The notes under the pieces are model-generated. The model was not told the DNA's origin. It did no database searches and saw only the letters and a list, made by a program, of their open reading frames with translations. Shown here piece by piece: positions 39,794 to 50,002 of a stretch of DNA of 64,000 bases. Position numbers and translations under genes: made by a program. This stretch comes from Parcubacteria group bacterium GW2011_GWB1_40_14 (GTDB taxonomy: Bacteria > Patescibacteriota > Minisyncoccia > Terrybacterales > GWB1-40-14), in assembly GCA_000996085.1 (NCBI GenBank), contig LBYG01000001.1, forward strand, positions 651-64,650, read 5' to 3'. How positions within the stretch are numbered: position 1 is the first letter of the stretch; each line of letters starts with the position of its first letter.

Positions 39794-40732
39794 TTACTTC
39801 AACGCAATGCCTATAAGGTTTCTGTGTCCATTTGTAAAGCTCTTACCATCCGTAACTTCCGCGCCTTCTTTTTGTATTTTTTTAAGAATAATTGCTTCCT
39901 TACCGCAAGTAACTGCTGCCTGGCCATCGGCGGTCTCAAATATAGTGCCGGGCGCATAATCAAAGTTTTCTTTTAGTAATTCTGATTCCAATATTTTTAG
40001 TCTTTTGCCGTTAGGTAAAAAAGTAAATGTACCAGGCCAGGGATAATATGCGCGAATTGCACGCTCTAATTCCTGAGCCGGTTTTGTCCAATCAATTTTA
40101 CCGTCTTGCCGCAAAATTATTTTTGTATAAGTGGCTTCGGCATGAATTTGTTCTATGGGTTTTATCCTATTCTCAACCCATTTGGACAAAGTTTTAATCA
40201 TCATTTCTGAGGCAATAGAGGCAAGACGCCAATGCAGACTTTTATTTGTATCCGTTGCTTCAATATGTGTTTTTCCCTGAGCTATTATTGGTCCGTGATC
40301 CATTTGTTCATCGGCAAGAATAAGAGTAACGCCGGTTTCCTGTTCTCCGTTTAAAATAGCAGTTTGGATGGGGGAGGCGCCTCGATATTTAGGAAGTAGG
40401 GAAGGATGAACATTTATTGTGCCGTGAGAAGGAATATCCAAAATGGTTTTTGGGATAATTTTACCGTAAGCTGCCATTATAAACATATCAGCGCCAAAAG
40501 CGGATAATTCTTCAACAAACTTTTTGTTTTTAAGATCTTTCGGTTGTAATGTTTTTATGTTTGCCTGTTCTGCCCATTTTTTAATTGCAGATTTCTGTAT
40601 TTCATAGCCACGTCCGGCTGGCGTATCCGGAGCTGTAACGACGTCAACAATATTATATTTGGCACAGCGTAATTCATCCAAAATAGGAATTCCAAATTCC
40701 GAGGTCCCGAAAAATATAATTTTATTTATCAT
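39794..40732 (-). CDS. fmt: methionyl-tRNA formyltransferase
   Basis: 'HGTINVHPSLLPKYRGASPIQ' formyltransferase motif plus C-terminal domain. Immediately downstream of def. Confidence 0.9.
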   Translation of the reverse strand: MINKIIFFGTSEFGIPILDELRCAKYNIVDVVTAPDTPAGRGYEIQKSAIKKWAEQANIKTLQPKDLKNKKFVEELSAFGADMFIMAAYGKIIPKTILDIPSHGTINVHPSLLPKYRGASPIQTAILNGEQETGVTLILADEQMDHGPIIAQGKTHIEATDTNKSLHWRLASIASEMMIKTLSKWVENRIKPIEQIHAEATYTKIILRQDGKIDWTKPAQELERAIRAYYPWPGTFTFLPNGKRLKILESELLKENFDYAPGTIFETADGQAAVTCGKEAIILKKIQKEGAEVTDGKSFTNGHRNLIGIALK

Positions 40733-41234
40733 ATTCTTCGGATTTTATATAAATATGTAAACTTGATGGAAGTGCTTTGTCGATATAAAGAATGCCCTCT
40801 AAATGATCGGTTTCATGTTGAAAAACCCTAGCTAAAAGATCTGACGCTTTAAGTTTAAATTTTTCTCCGTTAATATCATAAGCTTCGAGCGTGACGGTTT
40901 TGGCTCTTTTTACCGTTCCATACATTCCTTTTACCGATAAACATCCTTCTTCTCCTGAGGTTTGTTTAAAAGAACGTTTCAATATCTTAGGGTTGATAAA
41001 GATATCTGAAGGAATCGCAATATCGGGAAATAAACTTGTTTCTATCAAAAAAATTCTTTTTGATTCACCTATTTGGGGAGCCGCTATACCAATGCCATCT
41101 AAAAATCGCATTGTGTCGCGCATAGTATCACAGAGATCTTTTAAGTATAAAAAATTGTCGTTCTTTGGTTTAACCGACAAGGACCGGTCTCTTAACGGAT
41201 AATTTGGCTCTTGTATGGTTTGAAGTGTTGTCAT
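40722..41234 (-). CDS. def: peptide deformylase
   Basis: Motifs 'GIAAPQIG', 'EGCLSV', 'HETDHLEG'. Confidence 0.9.
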   Translation of the reverse strand: MTTLQTIQEPNYPLRDRSLSVKPKNDNFLYLKDLCDTMRDTMRFLDGIGIAAPQIGESKRIFLIETSLFPDIAIPSDIFINPKILKRSFKQTSGEEGCLSVKGMYGTVKRAKTVTLEAYDINGEKFKLKASDLLARVFQHETDHLEGILYIDKALPSSLHIYIKSEEYDK

Positions 41235-41235
41235 A

Positions 41236-43155
41236 TTACAAAATAGATTCGGGATTTACATCGATATCAAAATTAGCGGAAACAATTTTTTGCAGTTCAT
41301 CCTGAAGCGAAAAACTTAATTTATTTGAATCTGCTACATATTCTTTTATAAGAATATGCCATCTGTATTGATTTTTAATTTTACGGATATATGCGGGATA
41401 CGGTCCGATGATTTCAAAGCGTAAATTTCTTGATTTTTTCAGAATAGATAGATTTTCTGCGAGCTTTATTAAGCTTTCATGAGCAGAGGCTTCTTTTTTA
41501 TTATGTGTTGTTATTTTAATTAGTTTAGTATAAGGCGGCCAGGTAAGTTCTTTGCGCATTTGGAGTTCATCTTTGAAAAATGTCTCAAAGTCGTTTTGCT
41601 CTAAGGTATTTAGGATTTTTTGTTCTGCTCGATACGTTTGTATGACCAAAATCCCTCCAGATTTAACTAAGCTTTTCAATTTAATGATGGTGTCAAATAA
41701 TATTTCTTGCGCATTGAAATTGGGTATAGTTAGAAATTGATCAACTGCGACAATAGCAGCAATATCCACCGCTTTAATTTTTTCAGTTAAAGCCATTTTT
41801 GTTGCAATAAGTATACTGCTTTTTGTTCGGTTAAAATCCTCAATCACCCCAGCTTTATCTTTATCTGTTTTAACAGTACTTCCGTCAAAAAGAAAGATTT
41901 TGGCCTCAGGGAAAAACTTGTTTAAATATTCGGCTATTTTACTACTTGCCAACCCGATCGGTTTGAAGCGCCACCCACCGCAATTTGCGCATGTTTTAGG
42001 CGGGAGTATCATTTGTCCACAATGACGGCAAATCAGTTTATTTTGTTCGCTGTCTACTGAAGTATACAAAGCAAAAGGCGCGCTACATGCGGGACATTGT
42101 ATTATTTCTTCACAATCTTTGCACATAAGTCCGCTGGCCTCGCCTTTACGTGCAGATAAAATAATCACTCTTCCTCCCTTTTTAATGATTTTTTCCAGAT
42201 TATCAAGAAATTTAGGAGAAAACCTGTAATTGCTTCTGCGTTGTTTTTTATCAGTTAAATCCTCAATTCTAATTTTTAATTCTTTTTGTGCCGGTTCTCT
42301 AAAAAAATTATATATTTTTTCGGTTGATTCAGTTATGGATTCCAAAGACGGTAATTCTCCTCCAAAAATAACATCGCATTTGAGTATTTGTGCAAGAGCT
42401 AATGCGGTTTCTTTTGTATTATATTTCGGATGCTGGAGAGATATTTTATGAAGAATATTATTTTCATCTTCAATTATAATAAGTCCGATATCGCTTAGTG
42501 GAGCAAAAACGGCTTTTTTTGCTCCTATCAAAATTGTTTTTTTGGCGCTATATAGTTTAAGCCATAGTTCGTGCTGAGCTTTAGGATTTTTTGAAGATAG
42601 CATAACCGCGCGTTTCTTATTTGCGGGCGTAAGCTTTCTTGACACCTCAGTTTCTTGTTTTATTGTAGGTACCAATATCAGAACGTTTTGATCTTTTGAT
42701 AATTTTTCGGCAATTTGTTCGTTGTATTCTGTAAATCTGTCGGAGCCGAAAGCGTAATTACGTCTTTCTGTTGTTTCGGATTTTGTTTTGTTTATTTTGG
42801 GTATTTGTTTTGCCGCGTGCGCTACTTTTTGCAGATCTAAACCCGATAAAACAGACTTAAATACCAGTCCTTTGGGCGTGATATAATATTTCGACACCCA
42901 TTCAAGTAATAGTTTAGTATGTAACGGCAGAACCGGATTTTCTGATATAATAGATAGTATGGGTTTTAAATACGGGGGAAGAGGGTCGTTTTTTTGGTGC
43001 ATTTCTTTAACTATTGCCGGAAAACTTCTTTTTCCAAAAGGCACTAAAACCAATGAACTAGGCGCAAGATCAAGATTCGTTTCATAACTAAATATAGAAG
43101 AGTGCGGTCGGGGAATATATGTTAAGGGGATAACGTTTACTATCTTTTTAATCAT
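41236..43155 (-). CDS. priA: primosomal protein N' (PriA)-like, with degenerate ATPase motifs
   Basis: Conserved priA-def-fmt order. Cys4 zinc ribbon 'CPACSAPF...CRHCG...CANCGG'. The helicase region aligns, but the Walker A position reads 'AFGSDRFTEY' (canonical GxxGSGKTEVY) and the DExH position reads 'IIIEDENN'. Confidence 0.6.
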   Translation of the reverse strand: MIKKIVNVIPLTYIPRPHSSIFSYETNLDLAPSSLVLVPFGKRSFPAIVKEMHQKNDPLPPYLKPILSIISENPVLPLHTKLLLEWVSKYYITPKGLVFKSVLSGLDLQKVAHAAKQIPKINKTKSETTERRNYAFGSDRFTEYNEQIAEKLSKDQNVLILVPTIKQETEVSRKLTPANKKRAVMLSSKNPKAQHELWLKLYSAKKTILIGAKKAVFAPLSDIGLIIIEDENNILHKISLQHPKYNTKETALALAQILKCDVIFGGELPSLESITESTEKIYNFFREPAQKELKIRIEDLTDKKQRRSNYRFSPKFLDNLEKIIKKGGRVIILSARKGEASGLMCKDCEEIIQCPACSAPFALYTSVDSEQNKLICRHCGQMILPPKTCANCGGWRFKPIGLASSKIAEYLNKFFPEAKIFLFDGSTVKTDKDKAGVIEDFNRTKSSILIATKMALTEKIKAVDIAAIVAVDQFLTIPNFNAQEILFDTIIKLKSLVKSGGILVIQTYRAEQKILNTLEQNDFETFFKDELQMRKELTWPPYTKLIKITTHNKKEASAHESLIKLAENLSILKKSRNLRFEIIGPYPAYIRKIKNQYRWHILIKEYVADSNKLSFSLQDELQKIVSANFDIDVNPESIL

Positions 43156-43183
43156 AATAGTATTGTAACATTTTACTAATTAT

Positions 43184-43978
43184 ATGGCGGATGCGCTAAA
43201 TCAATCAAAACTGGTCAAGATATTTTTGGGTGGCGTAGGTATTAATGCTATCAAAAAGCAAGAGGCGCTTGATTTTGCTAAAGAAGTTTTAAATGCCGCC
43301 AATCACAAGACTGTTTTTGTTGTAACTCCAAACCCCGAAATTATTGTTGAAGCTTTACGGAATCCCGAATTTTTTAACGTATTGAATAATGCGGATCTAT
43401 CTTTAGCTGACGGGATAGGTTTAAACATTGTATGTAAAATTTTTGGTCATTATAATATTGAAAGGATAACGGGTATAGATTTTGTTGAGCAGATGCTGAA
43501 ATTCTATAAAGACAGAACGCTTAACGTTTTTCTTGTGGGCGGTGAAGGTAATACCGCTCAACTAGCCGCACAAAAATTAAAAAAACGTTTTGCGTTGCAT
43601 AATTTTAGAGGAGCAACATTTGGACCGGATATTTTGCATGACGGCACGTTTAAACAAGATTATGACCGTAAAGAAATTATTAAAGAATTGGCTTATTTTT
43701 TTGCAGATATTATAGTGGTTGGTTTTGGCGCTCCCAAACAAGAATTGTGGATAAAAAAAAATATGAGTTATTTCCCGTCAGCAAAAATGATGATAGGTGT
43801 CGGCGGGGCTTTGGATGTTTGGGCCGGAAGCAAAATAAGAGCGCCTGGTTTTATCAGAGCTTTGGGCTTTGAATGGTTGTGGAGATTGATGACGGAGCCC
43901 AGACGCGTTAAGCGCATTTTTAATGCACTTATTATTTTTCCGGTTTCACTTTTGCGTCATGGAAATAAACATACATAA
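43184..43978 (+). CDS. WecB/TagA/CpsF-family glycosyltransferase
   Basis: Matches GT26-family blocks ('VVTPNPEIIVEA', 'DGIGL', 'FLVGGEGNTAQ', 'VVGFGAPKQELWI'). Confidence 0.8.
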   Translation: MADALNQSKLVKIFLGGVGINAIKKQEALDFAKEVLNAANHKTVFVVTPNPEIIVEALRNPEFFNVLNNADLSLADGIGLNIVCKIFGHYNIERITGIDFVEQMLKFYKDRTLNVFLVGGEGNTAQLAAQKLKKRFALHNFRGATFGPDILHDGTFKQDYDRKEIIKELAYFFADIIVVGFGAPKQELWIKKNMSYFPSAKMMIGVGGALDVWAGSKIRAPGFIRALGFEWLWRLMTEPRRVKRIFNALIIFPVSLLRHGNKHT

Positions 43979-45383
43979 AGCAAAAAAAATTCATCTGGTG
44001 GGCATTAAGGGTGTGGGCATGACCGCTCTTGCCCAAATGCTTAAGGCTTTGGATAAAAATATTAGCGGTTCGGATAAAGAAGAGGTTTTCTTTACAGATA
44101 ATATTTTAAAACGATTCAAAATTAAAGTATTTAAAGGGTTTTACGTAAAAAATATTGATACTGATACCGATTTAATAATAAGCTCTGCTGCTTATATACG
44201 GAAAAAAGGCAATACATTTTTGGGTTCCGGTCCAGGTACTAAAATTATTAATTATGCCATCTCAAAAAACATTCCGGTATTGTCATATCCGGAAGCCATT
44301 TCTCAGCTTTTTAACAAAAGTTTCGGAATAGCGGTTGCGGGAACACACGGCAAATCGACAACAAGCGCTATGGCAGCGGTGATGTTGGAGCATTGCCGCA
44401 AGGATCCGCGCGCAATTATCGGAACAAAAGTATTGAATTGGCAGGCAAATGCACGCGTTTCTCAAGCCTCATTACAACGAACGCCTTTTGTTCTTGAAGC
44501 GGATGAATATAGGGATGCGTTTTTAAATTATTATCCCCACGTTATATTGCTTACAAATATTGAATGGGATCATCCCGACTATTTTTCAAATAACGCGATA
44601 TATAAAAAATCATTCTTAAAATTTTTAAAGAATTTAGATAAAAGAGGTTCATTAATATATTGCGCTGACGATCCCGGAGCGACTGAAATTGCTGAAAAAA
44701 ATCAAAACGTACCTATGTTAAGTTATGGTTTTAGTTTAGAAAGCCGATTGCGCATAATTTCTGAAAAGGGGAGCAGTAAAGGGACAAATTTTAGTCTTGT
44801 TTTGAACAACGAAAATATAGGATATTTCAATATAAAACTTTTTGGCAAGCATAACGTTCTCAACGCTACTGCCGTTGTGGCCCTTGGAATTATTTTGGGG
44901 TTGCCGGTTAAAAATGTGCGTAAGGGTCTGGCGGCGTTTAAGGGCACTGCAAGACGCTTTGAAGTGATCTCATATCGACCAAATATAATTGTTGATGACT
45001 ATGCGCATCACCCCACAGAAATTTCAGCAACTATTTCTGCGGTAAAGAAGGCTTGGCCGGATAAAAATATCGCTGTATTGTTCCAACCGCACACATTTTC
45101 GCGCACCCGAGCGTTGTTTGGAGGTTTCGTTTCTGCGTTAAAGAATGCGGACAGATCATTTATCTTAGAAACTTATGGTTCTGCGCGAGAAAGGGCAGTA
45201 AAAAATAAAACAGCAAAAAAACTTGCCAAAAAACTGAATTCGTTGTATTTTAATAATATCAGTACCGCGCAAAAAAAACTGCCTAAAGTTTTAGGAGATA
45301 AAGATGTTCTTATCACAATGGGTGCAGGTGATGTGTGGCGCGTAGGCGAAATTTTAAAAAAACAAAAATTTCAAAAGAGGTAA
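43959..45383 (+). CDS. murC: UDP-N-acetylmuramate--L-alanine ligase
   Basis: 'IHLVGIKGVGMTALAQ' Rossmann N-terminus, 'VAGTHGKSTTSAM' P-loop, Mur ligase middle and C-terminal domains. Start set at the ATG at 43959; the ORF track begins upstream inside the tagA-like gene. Confidence 0.9.
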   Translation: MEINIHKAKKIHLVGIKGVGMTALAQMLKALDKNISGSDKEEVFFTDNILKRFKIKVFKGFYVKNIDTDTDLIISSAAYIRKKGNTFLGSGPGTKIINYAISKNIPVLSYPEAISQLFNKSFGIAVAGTHGKSTTSAMAAVMLEHCRKDPRAIIGTKVLNWQANARVSQASLQRTPFVLEADEYRDAFLNYYPHVILLTNIEWDHPDYFSNNAIYKKSFLKFLKNLDKRGSLIYCADDPGATEIAEKNQNVPMLSYGFSLESRLRIISEKGSSKGTNFSLVLNNENIGYFNIKLFGKHNVLNATAVVALGIILGLPVKNVRKGLAAFKGTARRFEVISYRPNIIVDDYAHHPTEISATISAVKKAWPDKNIAVLFQPHTFSRTRALFGGFVSALKNADRSFILETYGSARERAVKNKTAKKLAKKLNSLYFNNISTAQKKLPKVLGDKDVLITMGAGDVWRVGEILKKQKFQKR

Positions 45384-45388
45384 ATAAT

Positions 45389-45571
45389 ATGTCAGGACCA
45401 GAAAAACAATTCCGAGAAAATGATTGGACCGCCGATCAGCTTAAGCGAGGTGAAATAGTTATGACTCCGGAAGAAATGGAAGAATATCAAAAAGAAAGGA
45501 AACCGCATCCGGATAGTTTTGGCGGAGATATAGATCCAGAAGAAGAAAAGCCACGTATAGACGAAGAATAA
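45389..45571 (+). CDS. hypothetical small acidic protein
   Basis: 60 aa from the ATG at 45389 with RBS 'aaagagg'. No homology recognised. Confidence 0.3.
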   Translation: MSGPEKQFRENDWTADQLKRGEIVMTPEEMEEYQKERKPHPDSFGGDIDPEEEKPRIDEE

Positions 45572-45586
45572 AAAATCATTTCAAAA

Positions 45587-45620
45587 ACCGTCTTTTGATA
45601 ATTCAAAGACGGTATTTTTT
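45587..45620 (+). terminator. rho-independent terminator (accgtctttga-taat-tcaaagacggt + T7)
   Basis: Perfect 11-bp stem plus T-run. Confidence 0.75.
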
Positions 45621-45623
45621 TGC

Positions 45624-45653
45624 TTGACATCAACAATTAAATAAAGATATAAT
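45624..45653 (+). promoter_or_regulatory. sigma70-like promoter TTGACA-N18-TATAAT upstream of the AbrB-type regulator/efflux operon
   Basis: Read directly. Confidence 0.45.
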
Positions 45654-45685
45654 CATACATGTAGGATTTGTAGGAATTTATATAT

Positions 45686-45931
45686 ATGGAAGAAATGCAA
45701 AATCAAAAATTTTACGGAACCACAACCCTTGGCGAGAAGGGTCAAGTTGTTGTTCCTGCAGAAGCAAGGACCAGTATGAAACTTGGTAAAGGAGAAAAAT
45801 TACTCGTTTTTGGTATGGGTGAGGATATGCTTATACTGTCTAAAATATCAAATCTTGAAAAATTTGCTTCACATTTAGCAAAAAAAATGGAGGTTATTCA
45901 GAATATTATCGATAAAACTACTAAAAATTAA
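45686..45931 (+). CDS. AbrB/MazE/SpoVT-family DNA-binding protein
   Basis: 'TTLGEKGQVVVPAEARTSMKLGKGEKLLVFG' swapped-hairpin barrel motif. Confidence 0.55.
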   Translation: MEEMQNQKFYGTTTLGEKGQVVVPAEARTSMKLGKGEKLLVFGMGEDMLILSKISNLEKFASHLAKKMEVIQNIIDKTTKN

Positions 45932-45939
45932 TTTACTGT

Positions 45940-47523
45940 ATGAAAAAACGAATTATTTTTTTTGGTTCAATTGGGTTTATTATTTTGGTGGGTGTTGGTT
46001 TGGGACTGATCACACAAACCAAAAAGTCTCTTTATGAATTTGTTAATGTTCAGCGCGGAACGCTTGTTGAACGCGTACTCGCAACAGGAACCGTTAAAAA
46101 ATCCGATGAGATCTCTTTAGCATTTGCAGCCAGCGGACGGGTTAAATTAATTTCGGTTAAAGTTGGCGAGCATGCAGAGACAGGAAAAGAATTTGCCCGT
46201 CTTGATACCGCTTCAATTGAAGCGCAAATCCGTAATGCCGAGGCGGCTTTTGATGTGGCAGAAGCCAATTTAATTAAAGCGCAAGCCGGAGCTTCGGCTC
46301 AGGATATTGCGGTTGCCGAAGCCGCTGTTATAGCCGCAGATGTTGCATTACAAAATGCTATTATTGCCGCAATAAAAGCGCTCGAAAAAGAATATCTTGA
46401 TGCATATAATTCTATTCAAACAGTTAAAGCAAAAGCAGACGGAGCAATTCAGGAAATGGATAATTATTTTGAGCCTTGCGGCGGAACTCAATGTTGGAGC
46501 AATTGGGGCAATTTTTATACGACCATAGAAGCGATCCATAATGCAGAAGTAAAAAAAGTTGCCGCAGATGCAGCACTTTTACGCGTTAATGCAACAATTT
46601 CTTCGGTGACAAGCGCTTCGGCAACAACGTCTATTGATTCAGCATTTATTTCGTTGGCTAGTGATCTTGCAATAATTCGTGCCGGAGCACAAGCAACTTA
46701 TGATGCGCTACAGACCGGGACTCAAAAAACGGCAGTTCAAGCAAAGATTATTGATCTTGATACAATAAGTGCAACTTTACGCAACGATGAACAGACAATA
46801 ATCTCAGTTAAATCTTCAAACGATTCAAGTATCCGTACAGCAGAATCAAATTTGGCTACAACTAAAGCTCAATTGGAACAAAAAAAGGCACCTGCGCGCG
46901 CTGTAGATCTTGAACCCTTAAGGGCTCAGGCTTTGCAAGCAAAAGCAAGCTTGGATTCAGCTCGGGCAATCCTTGATAACTCAATCATTAAAGCGCCGCT
47001 TGACGGTATTGTAATAGATATTCTTGTTAGCCGGGGTGAAATTGCTGGAGCAACCGGAACAGCGATAAAATTTTTGCCTGACGCACCATTTACAATTGAA
47101 TCAAACATACCCGAAGCTGATATTGCCGATCTGACTTTGAACGATCCTTTAGCTATAACTTTGGATGCAGTTAAAAATATTGAATATCAGGGAAGGATCA
47201 TCAGCATTGATCCGGCATCAAAAGATGTAGGCGGCGTAGTAACATATCGTGTAACTACGAGTATTGAAGATGGAGATGAAAGAATAAAAACCGGTATGAC
47301 GGCAAATTTGGATATAAAAACAGATCGCCGCGAGAATGTACTTTCTGTCCCGCAAAGAGCAGTTATAGAGCAAAACGGAAAGCGCTACGTTAGAATATTG
47401 AACGACAAACAAGTAGAAAATATTGAAGTTGTCGTAGGTATTCGTTCGGCAGACGGACTTATTGAAATTAGATCCGGGGTTAATGAAGGTACTGAAATAA
47501 TCAGTTTTGTTCGTGCTCAATAA
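45940..47523 (+). CDS. HlyD/MacA-type periplasmic adaptor (membrane fusion protein)
   Basis: N-terminal TM, biotinyl/lipoyl-like half-motifs, very long coiled coil, beta-barrel C-terminus. Precedes the MacB-type ATPase and permease. Confidence 0.8.
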   Translation: MKKRIIFFGSIGFIILVGVGLGLITQTKKSLYEFVNVQRGTLVERVLATGTVKKSDEISLAFAASGRVKLISVKVGEHAETGKEFARLDTASIEAQIRNAEAAFDVAEANLIKAQAGASAQDIAVAEAAVIAADVALQNAIIAAIKALEKEYLDAYNSIQTVKAKADGAIQEMDNYFEPCGGTQCWSNWGNFYTTIEAIHNAEVKKVAADAALLRVNATISSVTSASATTSIDSAFISLASDLAIIRAGAQATYDALQTGTQKTAVQAKIIDLDTISATLRNDEQTIISVKSSNDSSIRTAESNLATTKAQLEQKKAPARAVDLEPLRAQALQAKASLDSARAILDNSIIKAPLDGIVIDILVSRGEIAGATGTAIKFLPDAPFTIESNIPEADIADLTLNDPLAITLDAVKNIEYQGRIISIDPASKDVGGVVTYRVTTSIEDGDERIKTGMTANLDIKTDRRENVLSVPQRAVIEQNGKRYVRILNDKQVENIEVVVGIRSADGLIEIRSGVNEGTEIISFVRAQ

Positions 47524-47528
47524 AATTT

Positions 47529-48245
47529 ATGTTAATTGAACTACAGGACGTTAAGAAAACTTTTGATGAAGGTGAAAGTGCCACTCATGCGTTGCGTGGC
47601 ATTTCGTTATCTATAAATAAAGGAGAGTTTGTTGCAATAATGGGCGCTTCAGGATCGGGGAAATCAACCCTTCTTCACATATTAAGTTTTCTTTCCCGTC
47701 CGACTAGCGGTCGGCATTTTTTCGACGGCAAAGATGTGAGTAATTTTTCTCTGATGGATCTGGCAAATTTACGAAATAAAAGCGTCGGATTTGTTTTTCA
47801 ATCGTTTAATCTTTTAGCCCGGGCAACAGTTTTAGAAAATGTAGAATTGCCTATGTTGTATGCCAATATCCGGCCAAAAGAACGACGACAACGAGCGCTG
47901 ATTGTTATTGAACGGCTTGGTTTAGGGCACAGAACAAAACATCTTTCAAATCAACTTTCCGGAGGAGAGAAGCAAAGAGTTGCTATTGCGCGCGCTTTAG
48001 TAAATCAACCCGAAGTGATTTTTGCTGATGAGCCAACAGGGAATCTAGATTCATCATCCGGAGAACAGTTGATGGGGGTTCTTGAAGAATTACACGGTGA
48101 AGGCAAAACAATTGTTCTTATAACTCATGAAACATATACCGCCGCATTTGCCGAAAGAATTATTCACATAAAAGACGGCTTGATAGAAGCCGATACTGTT
48201 GTTGAAGAACGTCATTCGATCAAAGATCATAAATTTATAAAATAA
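47529..48245 (+). CDS. MacB/LolD-type ABC transporter ATP-binding protein
   Basis: '[11 protein letters not shown]', 'LSGGEKQRVAIARAL', 'IFADEPTGNLD'. Confidence 0.9.
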   Translation: MLIELQDVKKTFDEGESATHALRGISLSINKGEFVAIMGASGSGKSTLLHILSFLSRPTSGRHFFDGKDVSNFSLMDLANLRNKSVGFVFQSFNLLARATVLENVELPMLYANIRPKERRQRALIVIERLGLGHRTKHLSNQLSGGEKQRVAIARALVNQPEVIFADEPTGNLDSSSGEQLMGVLEELHGEGKTIVLITHETYTAAFAERIIHIKDGLIEADTVVEERHSIKDHKFIK

Positions 48246-48246
48246 T

Positions 48247-49485
48247 ATGGGATTTTTTGATCTGATTAAAACATCACTAGCGAGCTTGAACGCAAACCGT
48301 TCCCGTTCAGTATTAACTATTTTGGGTATTGTAATTGGCGTTGCCGCAATAATGCTTGTAATGTCTTTGGGTGCGGGCGCGCAAAACCTTATTCTTCAAC
48401 AGCTTCAAGCAATAGGCTCAAAAACAATAGCGATTATTCCGGGAAGAGAACCTAAAGGTCCGACAGATTTCCTTTCCGCTTTTTCGGATTCACTAAAAGA
48501 ATCGGATCTTAAACAGCTTAAAAATCCTGCAAATGTTCCTCATGCCGCAAGGGTTATACCGATGGTATTTGGAAGCGAGGTTGTATCTTATAAAAACGAT
48601 ACTTATCAGACAACTATTTTTGGTTTCACCGAACACTATGCGCCCTTGTATGATCTTTATCCAAGAGAGGGTCAGAATTTTACTGCAGATGATGTTGAGA
48701 GTTCGTCCAGCGTTATTGTAATCGGTTCAAAAGTTAAGGAAGAACTTTTTGGAAATAATGAAGCGGTGGGGGAGAAGTTACGCATTAAAGGTACGACTCT
48801 CCGTGTTGTCGGTGTATTACCCAAAAAAGGTGGCGCATCTTTTATTAATTTTGACAATGCGATTTTGGTTCCCTATACAACCGCACAGAATTATATTTTT
48901 GGTATTAAATATTTTAATCGCATTATTGTTGAAACCGATGAAGAAATTAATGTTCCGGTCACTGAAATTGATATTATATCAACCCTTCGTAATGCACATA
49001 ATATTACCGATCCAGATAAAGACGATTTTTTTCTTGAAACACAGGCCGGAGCCATGGAAACCGTAAGCGCCATAACAAGCGTGATGACATTATTTGTTGC
49101 AGCCGTAGCCGCAATATCGCTACTTGTCGGCGGAGTTGGAATTATGAACATCATGCTCGTATCTGTTACTGAACGGACCCGAGAAATAGGTTTACGTAAA
49201 GCGGTTGGAGCAACCGATAGAGATATAATGCGTCAGTTTTTGCTTGAAGCCATGACACTTACAACGCTGGGAGGAGCGCTTGGGATAATCATAAGTACTT
49301 TGCTTGGTCTGATTATTTCTGTTGTGCTTTCCAAGGCTCTTAATGCGACATGGACATATACATTTCCGGTTGTTGCAATGATCATCGGACTTTTTGTCGC
49401 AGCAGGAATAGGAATTATTTTTGGTCTATATCCGGCACGCCGCGCAGCAAGACTAGATCCCGTTGAGGCTTTAAGATACGAATAA
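48247..49485 (+). CDS. FtsX/MacB-family ABC transporter permease
   Basis: N-terminal TM, large periplasmic domain, three C-terminal TM helices with conserved 'TEIGLRKAVGAT' motif. Confidence 0.85.
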   Translation: MGFFDLIKTSLASLNANRSRSVLTILGIVIGVAAIMLVMSLGAGAQNLILQQLQAIGSKTIAIIPGREPKGPTDFLSAFSDSLKESDLKQLKNPANVPHAARVIPMVFGSEVVSYKNDTYQTTIFGFTEHYAPLYDLYPREGQNFTADDVESSSSVIVIGSKVKEELFGNNEAVGEKLRIKGTTLRVVGVLPKKGGASFINFDNAILVPYTTAQNYIFGIKYFNRIIVETDEEINVPVTEIDIISTLRNAHNITDPDKDDFFLETQAGAMETVSAITSVMTLFVAAVAAISLLVGGVGIMNIMLVSVTERTREIGLRKAVGATDRDIMRQFLLEAMTLTTLGGALGIIISTLLGLIISVVLSKALNATWTYTFPVVAMIIGLFVAAGIGIIFGLYPARRAARLDPVEALRYE

Positions 49486-49564
49486 AGATATTCATATCAT
49501 GTCGCAAAAGGTATATTGTGCGAAGTATCATCACTATAGAAAAAGGCTAAGGAGACTTGTCCCC

Positions 49565-49909
49565 TTAGCCTATTTTGTTTGCCACTTTGGGCTGCCATCT
49601 GATATTTACTTTATATGTTTTAATCGCGTCTTCAGGAAAGCCGTTTTTTCTAGGATCAAACGCTCGACCGGGAACCCAATTTCTGTCCGATGGCGTAGGA
49701 ATTCTTATATACTCAGCAATCCTATCGGACAGTCCTTCCCAGCTATACCCATGAGGATGACCGATCTTTAGAAAATATTCTGCGTGACCATAAATAGGAT
49801 GGTCTTCTATGCTAATAATTAACACCGCTTCCCATAGTTCTCGTGCGGTACCGGAATCTCCAGGGATTCTTTTTCTGTATTCTTTACATGCGCCTAGACG
49901 AGTTTTCAT
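49565..49909 (-). CDS. hypothetical protein
   Basis: 114-aa ORF with normal composition and no recognisable motif. The overlapping plus-strand ORF looks like a shadow. Confidence 0.3.
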   Translation of the reverse strand: MKTRLGACKEYRKRIPGDSGTARELWEAVLIISIEDHPIYGHAEYFLKIGHPHGYSWEGLSDRIAEYIRIPTPSDRNWVPGRAFDPRKNGFPEDAIKTYKVNIRWQPKVANKIG

Positions 49910-50002
49910 TTCTAGACTCCCTAAAGAAATGTTAAATATCTAAGTTAATTACTATATAGAATTATCTGCACAAAAAAGCAATACTTAAAACTAGTATTTA
50001 CG

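Noticed and set aside
43923-43958. Upstream start of murC at 43923
   Set aside because: It would add a hydrophobic, non-conserved 12-aa extension overlapping the tagA-like gene by 56 nt. The ATG at 43959 gives the canonical MurC N-terminus.
49499-49771. Plus-strand 90-aa ORF overlapping the 49565-49909 minus-strand gene
   Set aside because: Arg/Cys-rich junk-like composition and no RBS. The minus-strand ORF has more protein-like composition.
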